A DNA stretch of 64,000 nt from an uncultured Gemmatimonadales bacterium (GCA_963771275.1 CAVYSW010000010.1:544001-608000); one strand, 5' to 3'. Shown: positions 1 through 11,445, counted from the stretch's first letter. Translations and numbers: made by a program. Notes: generated by a model not told the origin, from the sequence alone.

Positions 1-1130
1 ACGATGGTCGGCACGCCGAAGAGCGCCAGGTTCTCGAGATGCTGGCGCAGGTTGGCGAAGCCCTGCTCCACCGCCTTGGCGTTGGGGGGGGCCAGCTGGT
101 CCTTCTGCAGCCCGCCGTGGAGCTTGAGCGCCCGGATGGTGGCGACGATGATGATGGCCTCCGGCGCCAGGCCGCCGAACCGGCACTTGATGTCGAGGAA
201 CTTCTCGGCCCCGAGGTCGGCGCCGAACCCGGCTTCCGTGATCACGAGGTCCGCGAGGCGGAGCGCCGTGTCGGTCGCGATGATCGAGTTGCAGCCGTGG
301 GCGATGTTGCCGAACGGGCCGCAGTGGACGAACGCGGGGCCGCCCTCGAGCGTCTGCACCAGGTTCGGCTGGATCGCGTCCTTCAGCAGCAGCGTCATCG
401 ATCCCTGGGCCTTGAGGTCGGCCGCGCGCACCGGCTGCCTGGCCGTGGTCGATCCGACGATGATCCGTCCGAGGCGCTCCTCGAGGTCCGCCGGGCTGGA
501 GGCGAGCGCCATGATCGCCTGGATCTCGCTCGCCGGCGTGATCACGAAGCGGTCCTGCCGCGGGACGCCGCCGCTGATCCCTCCCAGGCCGATGATGATG
601 TCGCGCAGGGCACGATCGTTCATGTCCATCGTGCGCGGCCACGTGATGCGCCGGGGATCGATCGTGAGCGCGTTGCCGTGATGCAGGTGATTGTCGAGCA
701 TCGCGGAGAGCAGGTTGTGCGCGGAGGAAATCGCGTGGAAGTCCCCGGTGAAGTGGAGGTTGATGTCCTCCATCGGGACCACCTGCGCGTAGCCGCCGCC
801 CGCGGCGCCGCCCTTGATCCCGAACACGGGGCCCAGGCTCGGTTCGCGGATACAGCACACCGCCCGGTGCCCCTGGTGCTGCAGCGCCTGCGTGAGCCCG
901 ATCGTGACGGTGGACTTCCCTTCGCCGGCTGCGGTGGGATTGATCCCGGTGACCAGGACGAGCTTGCCGCGCCTCGGCTTGCCGCCAACGGCGGCGAGCC
1001 GGATCTTGGCCTTGGTGTGGCCGTACGGAATGAGATCGTCGGCCGTGAGACCCAGTGCCCGCGCCACCTCCGTGATCGGACGCAATTTGGCGGCCTGCGC
1101 AATGGCGATATCGGACGGAACGTTGGTCAT
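1..1130 (-). CDS. fhs: formate--tetrahydrofolate ligase (3' end lies outside the window)
   Basis: Reads [19 protein letters not shown]..., with [20 protein letters not shown] and GPFANIAHG motifs; ATG overlaps the tatD stop (ATGA). Confidence 0.96.
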   Translation of the reverse strand, partial: MTNVPSDIAIAQAAKLRPITEVARALGLTADDLIPYGHTKAKIRLAAVGGKPRRGKLVLVTGINPTAAGEGKSTVTIGLTQALQHQGHRAVCCIREPSLGPVFGIKGGAAGGGYAQVVPMEDINLHFTGDFHAISSAHNLLSAMLDNHLHHGNALTIDPRRITWPRTMDMNDRALRDIIIGLGGISGGVPRQDRFVITPASEIQAIMALASSPADLEERLGRIIVGSTTARQPVRAADLKAQGSMTLLLKDAIQPNLVQTLEGGPAFVHCGPFGNIAHGCNSIIATDTALRLADLVITEAGFGADLGAEKFLDIKCRFGGLAPEAIIIVATIRALKLHGGLQKDQLAPPNAKAVEQGFANLRQHLENLALFGVPTI

Positions 1131-1914
1131 AGGTCGGCAGACATGGGTTGGGCAACGCGCTCGCCGAAGCAGCGCGCCGCGTTCGTCGTCGTGAGGGCCG
1201 CGAGCGCGGCAGGGTCGAGCCCGCGTAGCTGCGCGAGGCGCTCGGCGACCTGCCGGACGTAGGCGGGCTCGTTCCGCTTGCCGCGGTACGGGACCGGGGC
1301 CAGGTACGGCGCATCGGTCTCGACCAACAGCCGGTCCGCCGGGCACGCGGCCACGACGTCCACCTGGCGCCAGGTGCGGAAGGTGATCATCCCGCTGAAG
1401 GAAAAATACGCACCGATCGCGAGCCCCGCTTCGAGCAGCATGGGGCCGCCGCTGAACGAGTGCAGCACGACCGGCGGGCCTCCCGGGCCCGCGGTCCGCA
1501 GCGCCGCGGCGACGTCCTGATCGGCATCGCGGGCGTGGACGACCACCGGTTTGCCGCAGTCGGCTGCGATGATCAGCTGGGCCTCGAAGGCCCGGCGCTG
1601 CAGGTCCCGGGGGAAAAGTCGTAGTGGTAGTCGAGCCCGGTCTCGCCGACCGCGACGACATGCGGGTCCGCCACCGCATCCTCGAGGGCATCCCGCACGG
1701 CGGGGCTCCAGACCCTGGCCTCGTGCGGGTGCACGCCGGCTGTCGCCGAGCAGCGGTAGGTTGCCGCCAGCGCGCGCACGCGGGCACTCGCAGGGATCGA
1801 GTCGGCGACGATCACGACGTGGCCCACGTCCGCGGCGCGGGCGTGGGCCATGACCGTGGCGTGATCCTCGTCGAACGCCGCGTCGCCCAGATGGCAGTGC
1901 GTGTCGACGAGCAC
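1127..1914 (-). pseudogene. tatD: TatD family hydrolase with an apparent 1-nt frameshift at ~1609-1613 (possibly a sequencing error)
   Basis: N-half (DTHCH, GVHPH, GETGLDY) is in one frame and C-half ([27 protein letters not shown]) in another; they join at a G5 run. Confidence 0.85.
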
Positions 1915-1925
1915 CGCGCGGGCCG

Positions 1926-2897
1926 TCAGCTGGCCTGGGGTGCGCTGCGGCCGGCCGGCGCCACCGCCCGTGTGCCGTGCACGTCTTCACCCGGCCAGCG
2001 GCGCTCGATCCACAGCAGCACCGGCGAGGCAATGAACCAGGAGGAGAACGTCCCCACCACGATGCCGAAGGTCATCACCCAGGCGAAGCTCCGGATGACC
2101 GCGCCCCCGAAGATGAGCAGCGCCAGCACCGCGGCCAGGGTGGTGCCCCCGGTGAGCACCGTCCGCGGCAGCACTTCGTTGACGCTGCGGTTGAGGATGT
2201 CGTGAATCTGGCCCCGCTTGTACTTTCGCAGATTCTCGCGCACCCGGTCGAACACGATGATCGTGTCGTTCATCGAGTAGCCGACGATCGTCAGCACGGC
2301 CGCTACCACGACCAGGCTCACCTCGAGGTTCATCAGGGCCAGGAACGAGATCGTGACGACGACGTCGTGAGCGGTTGCCGCGATCGCCGCGATGGCGAAG
2401 CGCCACTCGAACCGGACCGTGAGGTAGATGAGCGTGGCGCCGAACGACAGCAGGATGGCGAGCAGCGCCTTGCTCCGGAGCTCCCCGCCGACCTTGGGGC
2501 TGATCGCCTCCGCGCGCTCGATCGTGTAGCTTCCGGCGCCGAACGCGCCGGCCAGGGTCGAGTCGACGTTGCGGGCCGTCTCCTGGACGCCGGCGTCCTG
2601 ACCCGCCCCCGCCACGATTGGTGCGCGCAGCTCGAAGTCGCTCTCCGTCCCAAACGTGTTCAGCTCGATGCCGGTGATGCCGTTGGTGGCGAGCGCGCCG
2701 CGGATCCGGCCGATCGTGATGGCCGGGTCGGTGGCGTGGATCTGGAGCAACGCTCCGCCGGTGAACTCGATGCTCTCGTTGAGACCGCGCACACCCAGGT
2801 CCGCAAGGCCCGCGATGGCGATGACGGCGGTGACGGCGTAAGCGTACTTGCGGACGCGCAGGAAGTCGTAGTCGGCCTTGTCGAAGAACCTGAACAT
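1926..2897 (-). CDS. secF: protein translocase subunit SecF
   Basis: IEFTGG, GYSMNDTIIVFDRVREN, multiple TM helices. Confidence 0.97.
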   Translation of the reverse strand: MFRFFDKADYDFLRVRKYAYAVTAVIAIAGLADLGVRGLNESIEFTGGALLQIHATDPAITIGRIRGALATNGITGIELNTFGTESDFELRAPIVAGAGQDAGVQETARNVDSTLAGAFGAGSYTIERAEAISPKVGGELRSKALLAILLSFGATLIYLTVRFEWRFAIAAIAATAHDVVVTISFLALMNLEVSLVVVAAVLTIVGYSMNDTIIVFDRVRENLRKYKRGQIHDILNRSVNEVLPRTVLTGGTTLAAVLALLIFGGAVIRSFAWVMTFGIVVGTFSSWFIASPVLLWIERRWPGEDVHGTRAVAPAGRSAPQAS

Positions 2898-4564
2898 CAG
2901 ATCGCGAACTCCCGGGTGGTCGTCCGCCGGTCGAGCCAGATCAGGAAGAACGTCTTGGTCACGAACACGGCCGTGATGAACGAGGCGAAGATGCCGATGA
3001 TGAGCGTCACGGCGAACCCCTTGACGGGTCCCGTGCCGAACTGGAAGAGGAACAGGGCCGTGAGCACGGTCGTCAGGTTGGAGTCCACGATCGCCGGCAT
3101 CGCATGCTCGAAGCCGAGCTCCGTGGCGACGCGGGCCGTCTTGCCGGCCTCGAGCTCCTCGCGAATGCGCTCGAAGATCAGCACGTTCGCGTCGACGGCC
3201 ATCCCGATCGAGAGGACCAGCCCGGCAAGCCCCGGCAGCGTCAGCGTTCCCCCGAAGGCGGCGAGCCCGCCCATCGTGAAGATCAGATACAACGTCAGGG
3301 CGGTGATCGCGAGCAGGCCGGCGAAGCGGTAGTAGACCGCCATGATGAGGATGACCGCCACCGTCCCCACGATGATCGCTGTGATGCCCTTGTGAATCGA
3401 ATCCTCGCCGAGCGTCGCGCCGACGGTCCGCTCCTCGACGATGTGGAGCGGCGCGGGCAACGCGCCGGCGCGCAGCACCAGGGCCAGATCCTGGGCCTCC
3501 CGCAGGTCCGCGTTGCCCATCTCGATCTGGCCGTCGCGCCCGATCTGGGAGCGAATCACTGGGGGCTGACTCTGGACCCGGCCGTCCAGGATGATCGCCA
3601 TGTGATCGCCGATGTGCCGGCCCGTCTCGCGGCTGAAGATGCGGCCGCCCGCCCGCGTGAGCTGGAACCGCACGATCGCCCCGCCGGCGGTCTGGTCGAT
3701 GGTCGCCGACGCGTCGGCCAGCTGGTCGCCGGTGATGATCGGCCGGCGGTCCACCGCGTAGATCGGCCGGTACGAGCGTCCGCCCAGGGACCGCGCCTGG
3801 GCACCCCAGATCAGCTCGAGGCCGCGCGGGACCTCCCGCACGGCTTCCGGCAGGTGGATGATGCTGTCGACGCGCGCGTAGCTCTCCTCCGGGACGAGAA
3901 ACTCGCCGGGCAGCTGCCCCTCGAACATCAGGCTCGAGAGCGGCCCGCCCGTGGCGCTCGTGTCCGCGGCGCTCGTGTCCGCCGCCGTTGTGTCGGCCCG
4001 CGTCGAGTCGGAGGTGGTATCCCGGGTCGAATCAGTCTTGAGCAGCTGCTCGATGGCGGCCGGCGATCGCTGGGGTGCGGCGCCGCCGGTGACGCCGGCC
4101 AGCCGGAGCGCCCGATCGATCCGCGGCAGTGCCTCGCGAAACTGGTTCTGCATGTCGGTGATGCGGAACTCGAGGAACGCCGAACGCAGCACGATCGCTT
4201 TGGCCCGCGCCGGGTCGCGCTCCCCCGGCAGCTCGATGATGATCCGGTCGGTCCCGGCCTTCTGGACCAGCGGCTCGCTCACACCGAACTGGTCGATCCG
4301 GGTGCGGATCACGGTGAGCGCACGGTCGATGGCGTCGGACGGGTTCGCCACGGCGCCCTTGCTCTGGTCGACTTCGAGCGCGAGGTGAATGCCACCCTGC
4401 AGGTCGAGCCCGAATTTCAGGGGCGTCCGGTCCATGACCGTGTCCTGCATAACGCCCTGGGCGTTCAGCTGGCGCATGGTGACCTGGCGCGGCCACAGCG
4501 ACCACCCGGCCAGGGCGAGGAGCAGGCCGATCAAAATCAGCCGGTTTCGAATGGAGCTCAGCAT
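2897..4564 (-). CDS. secD: protein translocase subunit SecD
   Basis: GLDLQGG, LRAGALPAPL, GMAVDANVLIFERIREE. Confidence 0.97.
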   Translation of the reverse strand: MLSSIRNRLILIGLLLALAGWSLWPRQVTMRQLNAQGVMQDTVMDRTPLKFGLDLQGGIHLALEVDQSKGAVANPSDAIDRALTVIRTRIDQFGVSEPLVQKAGTDRIIIELPGERDPARAKAIVLRSAFLEFRITDMQNQFREALPRIDRALRLAGVTGGAAPQRSPAAIEQLLKTDSTRDTTSDSTRADTTAADTSAADTSATGGPLSSLMFEGQLPGEFLVPEESYARVDSIIHLPEAVREVPRGLELIWGAQARSLGGRSYRPIYAVDRRPIITGDQLADASATIDQTAGGAIVRFQLTRAGGRIFSRETGRHIGDHMAIILDGRVQSQPPVIRSQIGRDGQIEMGNADLREAQDLALVLRAGALPAPLHIVEERTVGATLGEDSIHKGITAIIVGTVAVILIMAVYYRFAGLLAITALTLYLIFTMGGLAAFGGTLTLPGLAGLVLSIGMAVDANVLIFERIREELEAGKTARVATELGFEHAMPAIVDSNLTTVLTALFLFQFGTGPVKGFAVTLIIGIFASFITAVFVTKTFFLIWLDRRTTTREFAI

Positions 4565-4590
4565 AGGCTAGGGTTCAAAGCCTCAAGAAG

Positions 4591-5502
4591 TTAACCAGGG
4601 GTCCCGCCCGGTGGCACTCCCAGGGCGCGCCGCGCCGCCGCGGCATCGCGCCCGAGCTGGCGGCGCAGCGCCTCCGGAGAGCCGAAGTCTAACACGTCCC
4701 GGAGCCGGGCCAGCCAGGTGATCTTGACCGGCTCACCGTACAGGTCTTCCCCGTGGTCGAACAGGTGGGCTTCCAGGTGCCGCCCCGTTTCAGCGAACGT
4801 GGGCCGGGGCCCGATGTGCATCATCGCGCCGGCGGCGCCGTCGGCCCATTCTACCCGCGCGGCATAGACGCCGTCGGGCGGGAGCAGCTTGCGGGGGTCC
4901 GGCACGGCCACGTTGATCGTCGGGTATCCCAGCCCGCGTCCCCGCGCCGCGCCGCGCATCACGGTGCCCGTCATGGAATAGCGCCGCCCGAGGTGGTGCG
5001 CCGCCGTGGCGAGATCGCCGCCGGCGATGGCGCGCCGGATCAGGGTCGACGAGACTTCCCGGCCGTCGACCGACACGGCCTGCACGACGTCCACCGCGAA
5101 GCCGAGCTGCGCGCCGAGCTGCTGCAGCAGCCGCATGTCACCCGCCCGCCCGCGGCCGAACCCATGATCGTGGCCGATCACCAGCTCGGCGAGGGTGAAC
5201 CGGTCCAGCAGCAGCCGGACGAACGCTTCCGGCGGGTACTGCGACAGCTCCCGGGTGAACGGGATGAAGGCGACGCCGTCCACCGGGCTCTGGGCGAACA
5301 GCTCCCGCCGCTCGTCGTCGAGCGTCAGCAGCGGTGGGGCGGCCTGGGGGTTGACGATCTCCAGCGGATGCGGCGTGAAGGTCACGGCGAGACTGCGGCG
5401 GCCGGTCCGCCGGGCGCGCGCGGCGATCTCGGCGAGCACCGCGCGGTGCCCGAGATGGAGCCCGTCGAAGCTCCCGACCGTGACGACCGTCTGCCCGTTC
5501 AT
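4591..5502 (-). CDS. ribF: bifunctional riboflavin kinase/FAD synthetase
   Basis: GSFDGLHLGH, VSSTLIR, GYPTIN, GPRPTF. Confidence 0.96.
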   Translation of the reverse strand: MNGQTVVTVGSFDGLHLGHRAVLAEIAARARRTGRRSLAVTFTPHPLEIVNPQAAPPLLTLDDERRELFAQSPVDGVAFIPFTRELSQYPPEAFVRLLLDRFTLAELVIGHDHGFGRGRAGDMRLLQQLGAQLGFAVDVVQAVSVDGREVSSTLIRRAIAGGDLATAAHHLGRRYSMTGTVMRGAARGRGLGYPTINVAVPDPRKLLPPDGVYAARVEWADGAAGAMMHIGPRPTFAETGRHLEAHLFDHGEDLYGEPVKITWLARLRDVLDFGSPEALRRQLGRDAAAARRALGVPPGGTPG

Positions 5503-6356
5503 TCCTCCAGCACCACCTTCGGGGCCAGCGCGCCGTCCCGCGGCACGGCGATCGCGACCAAGTGGCCGTCCGCCAGTAACGCCACCGGCCCGGCGCCTGC
5601 GGCCTCCGCGGGGACCGGCCGGCCGTGTCGTACCAGCGCGTGCTCCTCCGCCGTGAGCGGCCGCGCGGGCAGGTGGGAAACGGCGGCGGTCATGTCACGG
5701 AGCGGGACGTCGCCGGCGGCCAGCGCCACCAGCGGGGTGGCGTCCTCCACCCGCCACGGACCGACCCGCGTGCGGCGCAGGGTGAGCAGGTGCGCGCCGC
5801 AGCCGAGCGCCTCGCCCAGATCGCGGGCCAAGGCGCGCACATACGTGCCGCTCCCCACCTCGGCCTCGAACGCGACGGTGGCGCCGTCGCGGCCCGTGAG
5901 GTCGAACCGGTGCACCACGACGCGCGCGGGCGCCAGGGCGACGGTCTCGCCGCGCCGCGCCCGCCGATGAGCCGGCGTGCCGCCGAGCTTCTTCGCCGAG
6001 AACGCCGGTGGTACCTGGTCCAATGTGCCCGTCAGATCCAGCATGGCCTCCCGCAGGCGCTCGTCCGATACCTGACGCCAGGACTCGTTGGTTGCGGTCA
6101 CGGTTCCGGTCGCATCGTCGGTGGCGGTGCGGATGCCCAACCGGAGCGTGCCGGTGTAGCACTTGCCGAGCCCCGCGAGGAACGGCATCAGGCGCGTCGC
6201 CCGGCCCGTGAGCAGCGGGAGCAGACCCGACGCGGCCGGGTCGAGGGTCCCCGCGTGGCCTACGCGGCGGGTGCCGAGCATCCGGCGGGCCAGCGCGACG
6301 ACGTCGTGCGACGTCGGCCCGGCGGGCTTGTCGACCAGCAGGAATCCGTCGTTCAG
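5499..6356 (-). CDS. truB: tRNA pseudouridine(55) synthase, probable CTG start
   Basis: GFLLVDKPAGPTSHDVV, GHAGTLDP, SGTYVRALARDLG; the start is inferred. Confidence 0.94.
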   Translation of the reverse strand: MNDGFLLVDKPAGPTSHDVVALARRMLGTRRVGHAGTLDPAASGLLPLLTGRATRLMPFLAGLGKCYTGTLRLGIRTATDDATGTVTATNESWRQVSDERLREAMLDLTGTLDQVPPAFSAKKLGGTPAHRRARRGETVALAPARVVVHRFDLTGRDGATVAFEAEVGSGTYVRALARDLGEALGCGAHLLTLRRTRVGPWRVEDATPLVALAAGDVPLRDMTAAVSHLPARPLTAEEHALVRHGRPVPAEAAGAGPVALLADGHLVAIAVPRDGALAPKVVLEE

Positions 6357-6718
6357 GAGTCGCCGCTGCCCCGTCGCAGGTCCTCGAGAATCCGGTCGAT
6401 CCGCTGGGCATGCTCGATACCCCGGTCGAGCACGAAGTGCAGCTCCGGCGTCACACGCATTGCCAGGCGCTGCGCGAGGTGGCTCCGCAGGAACCCCCGG
6501 GCGTGCTCGAGGCCCTCGAGCGCGCGCGTCTTCTCCTCCTCGGTCCCCATGACGCTGACCCGCACGGTGGCGTGGGCGCCATCCGGGGTCACGGTGGCGC
6601 CAATCAGCGTCACGAAGCCGACGCGCGGGTCCTTGATCTGCTGGGTCAGGGCCTGGGCCAGCGTCTCGTGAATCAGCGCGGCCAGGCGCTCCGGCCGATG
6701 GCGGCTCGCCCGTCTCAC
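6353..6718 (-). CDS. rbfA: 30S ribosome-binding factor A
   Basis: KDPRVGFVT, RVTPELHFVLD; position downstream of infB. Confidence 0.95.
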   Translation of the reverse strand: MRRASRHRPERLAALIHETLAQALTQQIKDPRVGFVTLIGATVTPDGAHATVRVSVMGTEEEKTRALEGLEHARGFLRSHLAQRLAMRVTPELHFVLDRGIEHAQRIDRILEDLRRGSGDS

Positions 6719-6996
6719 AGGAAGCTCATGGTCGAATCAATGATGCGCGCCAGGCCGTCACCCGCGACGAGTCGATCCGCGGAGCCGAGCACCGCCTCCG
6801 CGTGATGCCGGTCGGTCGCGACCACCGAGCATGTCAACTCGCCCCGCTGCCACAGGTCGTGATGCGCCGTCTCGGCGACCGACACGTTGAACCGGTGATG
6901 CAGCCGGTCCTTCAGGCTCTTGAGGATCCGGCGCTTGTCCTTGAGCGAGGCGCACCCCTCGAAGTGCAGATCCCAGGTCACGACGCCCACGACCAT
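6715..6996 (-). CDS. DUF503 (YlxP-like) protein
   Basis: SLKDKRRILKSLKDRLHHRFNVSVAE...DLWQR; usual position between infB and rbfA. Confidence 0.9.
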   Translation of the reverse strand: MVVGVVTWDLHFEGCASLKDKRRILKSLKDRLHHRFNVSVAETAHHDLWQRGELTCSVVATDRHHAEAVLGSADRLVAGDGLARIIDSTMSFL

Positions 6997-7019
6997 GGCG
7001 GCTCCCGCGACCGGGCCCC

Positions 7020-9728
7020 TCAGCCTCGGTCCGCGGGCCCGGCCCGGACCTTCGCGTCCTCGGTCAGCGCAGCCGAGTCGAGCGTGCGCGCGATCTGCTC
7101 GACGTGATACGACTCGAGCACGTCGCCCACCTTCACATCGTTGAAGTTCTCGATGCCGATGCCGCACTCGAGGCCTTCCTTGACGTCGCGCACGTCATCC
7201 TTGAACCGCTTGAGGCTCGCGACCTGCCCGTCGTACACCTCCACGGCGTCGCGCACCAGCCGGATCCGCGCGTTGCGCCGGATCAGGCCGTGGCGCACGA
7301 AGCACCCGGCGATCGTCCCGACCCCGGAGATCTTGAACGTCTGCCGGACCTCCGCTTCGCCGAGCACGGTCTCGCGCTCCTCCGGGGCCAGCAGACCCTG
7401 CAGCGCCTGCTTCATCTCGTCGAGGGCGTCGTAGATCACGCGATACGTGCGCAGATCGACCTTCTCGCGCTCCGCAGTGGCGCGCGCGTTGGCATCGGGA
7501 CGGACGTGGAAACCCACCACGATCGCGTCGGACGCCTTCGCCAGGAGGACGTCGCTCTCGGTGATCGCGCCGACCCCGCGGTGGATCACTTCCACTTTCA
7601 CTTCCGCCGTCGACAGCTGGGCGAACGCGTCCGCCAGCGCCTCGGCGGGGCCCGCCTGGTCCGCCTTGATGATGATGCGGAGCGCTTTGACGGTGCCCTC
7701 CTCGATCTGCCTCGACAGGTCCTCGAGCGTAATGCCGCGCGAGCTGCGCCGGTGCTGGGCCTCGCGGTCGAGCCGCTGCCGCTTCTGCGCGATGTCGCGT
7801 GCCTGGGCCGCGTCTTCCACCACCATGAAGTGGTCGCCGGCCTGGGGCACGCCGTCCAGACCGAGCACCTGCACCGGGATGGACGGTCCGGCGGCGGCGA
7901 CGCGGTTGCCGCGCTCGTCGAACAACGCGCGGACGCGTCCGGCCAGATTGCCGCAGATGAAGTCCTGGCCCACGGTGAGCGTGCCGTTCTGCACGAGCAC
8001 CGTGGCCACCGGTCCCTTGCCGGGGTCCAGCATGCTCTCGACGACGGTGCCGCGCGCCGCCCGATTGGGATTGGCCTTCCGGTCGAGCAGCTCGGCCTGC
8101 AGCAGGATCTTGTCCAGCAGGTCGTCCACGCCGATGCCCTGCTTGGCCGAGATCGCCGACGACAGGGTGTCCCCGCCGAACTCCTCGAGCACCACGCCGT
8201 GGGCGAGCAGATCCTGACGCACCTTGGCCACGTTCGCGGTGGGGAGATCGATCTTGTTGATGGCGACGATCAAGGGCACGCCGGCATTCTTCGCGTGGCT
8301 GATCGCTTCCACGGTTTGCGGCATGACCTGATCGTCCGCCGCGACCACCAGCACCACCAGGTCGGTGACCTGCGCGCCACGGGCGCGCATGGCGGTGAAC
8401 GCCTCGTGCCCCGGCGTATCGAGGAACGTGATGCCCTTCCCCGGTGCCACTTCGACGTAGTAGGCGCCGATGTGCTGCGTGATGCCGCCGGCCTCGCCGG
8501 CGATCACGTTGGACTTGCGGATGTGGTCGAGCAGCGACGTCTTCCCATGGTCGACGTGTCCCATCACCGTTACGATCGGCGGCCGGCTCACGAGGTTCTC
8601 GGGCTCGTCCTCCGCCGGCACGACCGCGTCGCTCGGAGCGTACTCCTCCTCCTGCACTGCCTGGAAGCCGAACGCACCGGCAATCAGCTCGATCTGGTCG
8701 AAGTCGAGCCGCTGATTCACGGTGACCATCATCCCGAGCTCCTTGAAGCAGAACGAGACGATGTCGGTGCGATTGACGCTCAGAATGTCGGCGAGCTCGC
8801 TCACCGTGATGAACTCGTTGACGCGGACGATGGTCTTCTCGCGCTCCCGCTCCTCGATCCGGCGCTGCTCCTCCCGCTCCCGGAACGACGGCTCTTCATC
8901 GCGCCGCCGCACTCCCTTGCGCGCGGCGGGCGCCTTGAGCGACGCCAGCGTGCGGCTGATGTTGGCTGCGACCGCTTCCTGATCGACCTCGGAGCGCCGG
9001 CCCTTCTTGCGCTTCTTTCCCTTCTCGCGACGCCGGTCGTCGACCGCTTCACCGGGCGCTGCGGACGCCACCGGACGAGGGGCGGCCGAGGCGACCGGCT
9101 TGAGGCGCGGGACACCGGTCGCGGGGCGCTGAATCCGCAGCGGCTTGACGGTCTCGGGTCGCTCGGGCTCGGCGCTGGCCGGCGTCGCCGCCGTGCCTTC
9201 CACCTCTTCCCCGGCCTGCTCGACGGTCTCGCCGACCTCTGGGACCTCAGGCTCCTCCTCGGTGGTCTCCTCGACCGGCCCGACGTCGGGCGCGGCCGGG
9301 AGATCACGGAACAGCGCCGCGGCCCGCTCCTCGAGCGACGGCTTGATCTCAGGCTCGAACTGGCGCTCGGCCTCGGCCGCCGCCAGCGCGGCCGCCTCGC
9401 GAACGCGCAGCTCCTCTTCCTCCACGGCGGCTTTCTCCGCCATCTCCGCCGCCGTGCGCCGGCGTCGCTTCGGACGCGCGGCTGGCTCCGGCTCGACCGG
9501 CTGCACCTTGGCGCGCACCCGTCGCCGCGCCGGCTTCGACGCCTCGGGCGCGGCCTTGCGGCGCTTTTCGCGCTCCCACCGGGCGCGCACAATCGCGACC
9601 TGCCCCGGATCGAGCGACGAGAGATGACTGCGGACGTGAATATCGAGCTCGGCCAGCAGCTTCATCAGCTGCTCGCTCTCGACCCCGAACTCCGCCGCCA
9701 GATCGTGGACCCGCGTCTTCGTCCCCAC
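7020..9728 (-). CDS. infB: translation initiation factor IF-2
   Basis: [36 protein letters not shown]. Confidence 0.98.
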   Translation of the reverse strand: MGTKTRVHDLAAEFGVESEQLMKLLAELDIHVRSHLSSLDPGQVAIVRARWEREKRRKAAPEASKPARRRVRAKVQPVEPEPAARPKRRRRTAAEMAEKAAVEEEELRVREAAALAAAEAERQFEPEIKPSLEERAAALFRDLPAAPDVGPVEETTEEEPEVPEVGETVEQAGEEVEGTAATPASAEPERPETVKPLRIQRPATGVPRLKPVASAAPRPVASAAPGEAVDDRRREKGKKRKKGRRSEVDQEAVAANISRTLASLKAPAARKGVRRRDEEPSFREREEQRRIEEREREKTIVRVNEFITVSELADILSVNRTDIVSFCFKELGMMVTVNQRLDFDQIELIAGAFGFQAVQEEEYAPSDAVVPAEDEPENLVSRPPIVTVMGHVDHGKTSLLDHIRKSNVIAGEAGGITQHIGAYYVEVAPGKGITFLDTPGHEAFTAMRARGAQVTDLVVLVVAADDQVMPQTVEAISHAKNAGVPLIVAINKIDLPTANVAKVRQDLLAHGVVLEEFGGDTLSSAISAKQGIGVDDLLDKILLQAELLDRKANPNRAARGTVVESMLDPGKGPVATVLVQNGTLTVGQDFICGNLAGRVRALFDERGNRVAAAGPSIPVQVLGLDGVPQAGDHFMVVEDAAQARDIAQKRQRLDREAQHRRSSRGITLEDLSRQIEEGTVKALRIIIKADQAGPAEALADAFAQLSTAEVKVEVIHRGVGAITESDVLLAKASDAIVVGFHVRPDANARATAEREKVDLRTYRVIYDALDEMKQALQGLLAPEERETVLGEAEVRQTFKISGVGTIAGCFVRHGLIRRNARIRLVRDAVEVYDGQVASLKRFKDDVRDVKEGLECGIGIENFNDVKVGDVLESYHVEQIARTLDSAALTEDAKVRAGPADRG

Positions 9729-9729
9729 G

Positions 9730-10050
9730 CTATCCTCCTGCCGACCTGCCGCCTGCCTTCGCCAAGAACCCCTCTGCCAGCGAGAGATCCATAATCCCGA
9801 CGGCCTGCACCGCTGCCTGCCCGATCCGCCGCCCCAGCTCCGCCGCCGGCGGACCGAGGATCACCGGAACCGCCTTGGCCCGTGCGAGCCGCTCGACCTT
9901 GTCCTGCGTTCGTGGGCTGCGGTCGCCGGCCAGCACGACCACCCGCACTCGCCCCTGCTGCACACCGTCCCGCACCGCCGCCGTGCCGACCAGCAGGCCC
10001 CGCGCGCGCGCCGCGAGGCCGAGCAGCCCCAGTGCGCCGTCCGGAATCAC
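9730..10050 (-). CDS. L7Ae/L30e-family RNA-binding protein (YlxQ-like)
   Basis: LGLLGLAARA...VG...ELGRRIG...AVGI; GTG overlaps the nusA stop. Confidence 0.85.
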   Translation of the reverse strand: MIPDGALGLLGLAARARGLLVGTAAVRDGVQQGRVRVVVLAGDRSPRTQDKVERLARAKAVPVILGPPAAELGRRIGQAAVQAVGIMDLSLAEGFLAKAGGRSAGG

Positions 10051-11414
10051 GCGGCCGGCGGGTCGGCCGCGGCCTCCCCCTCGACCTCGGGGGCCTTGGC
10101 CTGGTGGTCGCCCGGCTCCTCGGTGAGCTCCGCGATGAACGACTGCACCACTTCTAGGTGCTCGGGGGAAAGCCCCGGCACGTTGCGCAGCTCCTCGGAC
10201 TCGAGATCCAGCAGATCGCTCAGCTCCACCAGCCCGTTCGCCTCGAGCGTCGCCACCAGCTCCGGGGGCAGGCCCTTGAGGTCCTTGATCTGCACGTGCG
10301 CGACCCGCTCCTCCTCCTCGGTCGCCGGGGGCAGCGGCGCGAACAGCGGACCCTCGCCGCCGCGCTCGAGCCATTCGCGACTCGAGTACAAGTCGATCTT
10401 CCAGCCGGTGAGCTCGGAGGCGAGCCGCACATTCTGGCCGTTCTTCCCGATCGCGAGCGACAGCTGGTCCTCGTCCACGATCGCCTGGATCGTGCGGGTC
10501 TCCGGATCGCTGAAGACGCGGGCCACCCGGGCCGGCGCCAACGCGAGCTTGGCGAACCGCTCGGGATCGGGTGACCAGGGCACGATGTCGATCCGCTCTC
10601 CACCCAGCTCGTTCACCACGGCCTGGACGCGGCTGCCCTTGAGTCCCACGCAGGCACCCACCGGATCGATGGCGTCGTCCCGACTGACCACCGCGATCTT
10701 GGTCCGATTCCCGACCTCGCGCGCCGCCAGACGGACCGACACGATGCCCTGCTGGATCTCCGGCACCTCGAGCTTGAACAGCGCCTGCACGAACAGCGGG
10801 TCGCCGCGGGTGAGAATCAGCCGGGGTCCCTTGGGCGTCTCCTCCAGCCGCTTCAGCACGGCGCGGATCGTGTCGCCCTGATGGAAATGCTCCCGATGGT
10901 TCTGTTCCCGATACGGGATGATGGCTTCAGCCTCGCGGAACTTGTTCAGCATGATGACCAGCTTGCCCCGCTCGATCTGCTGGATCTCGCCGGACAGCAG
11001 CTCGCCCACCTTGTCGCTGAATTCCTCGCGAATCCGGGTCCGCTCCCCTTCCCGCACCCGCTGGATGATGCGCTGCTTCGCGGCCTGCACCGCGATCCGG
11101 CCGAACTCCTGGAACGGGACCTCCTCCTCGAGGACGTCGCCCGGTTCGAAGTCGGGGTCCTCCCAGCGCGCCTCTTCGAGCGAAACCTGGCAGACCGGAT
11201 CCTCGACCTCCTCGACGACGGTCCGCAGGATCGCCACCCGGATCTCGCCCTTCATCTCGTCGATGCCGATCTCGGACCGCACGGTCGGTCCGTATTTCTT
11301 GACCAGGGCGGCGTGAATGCCGTCCCGCAAGAGATCGAGGAGGCTCTCGCGATCGAGCTGCTTGGAGTGAGCCAGCTCGCGGATTGCCGCCAGCACTTCG
11401 GCCGAACTCGCCAT
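10047..11414 (-). CDS. nusA: transcription termination/antitermination factor NusA
   Basis: FGRIAVQAAKQ, DPVGACVG, LSLAIGKNGQNVRLA. Confidence 0.98.
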   Translation of the reverse strand: MASSAEVLAAIRELAHSKQLDRESLLDLLRDGIHAALVKKYGPTVRSEIGIDEMKGEIRVAILRTVVEEVEDPVCQVSLEEARWEDPDFEPGDVLEEEVPFQEFGRIAVQAAKQRIIQRVREGERTRIREEFSDKVGELLSGEIQQIERGKLVIMLNKFREAEAIIPYREQNHREHFHQGDTIRAVLKRLEETPKGPRLILTRGDPLFVQALFKLEVPEIQQGIVSVRLAAREVGNRTKIAVVSRDDAIDPVGACVGLKGSRVQAVVNELGGERIDIVPWSPDPERFAKLALAPARVARVFSDPETRTIQAIVDEDQLSLAIGKNGQNVRLASELTGWKIDLYSSREWLERGGEGPLFAPLPPATEEEERVAHVQIKDLKGLPPELVATLEANGLVELSDLLDLESEELRNVPGLSPEHLEVVQSFIAELTEEPGDHQAKAPEVEGEAAADPPAA

Positions 11415-11445
11415 GCCGTCTCCTTAGCCTATCGGTCCTGCGTCC

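Noticed and set aside
7104..9794. Very long antisense ORFs (e.g. 896 aa opposite infB; also opposite groEL, uvrD, icd, secD)
   Set aside because: Shadow frames expected at high GC3; Arg/Ala/His-rich with no recognisable motifs
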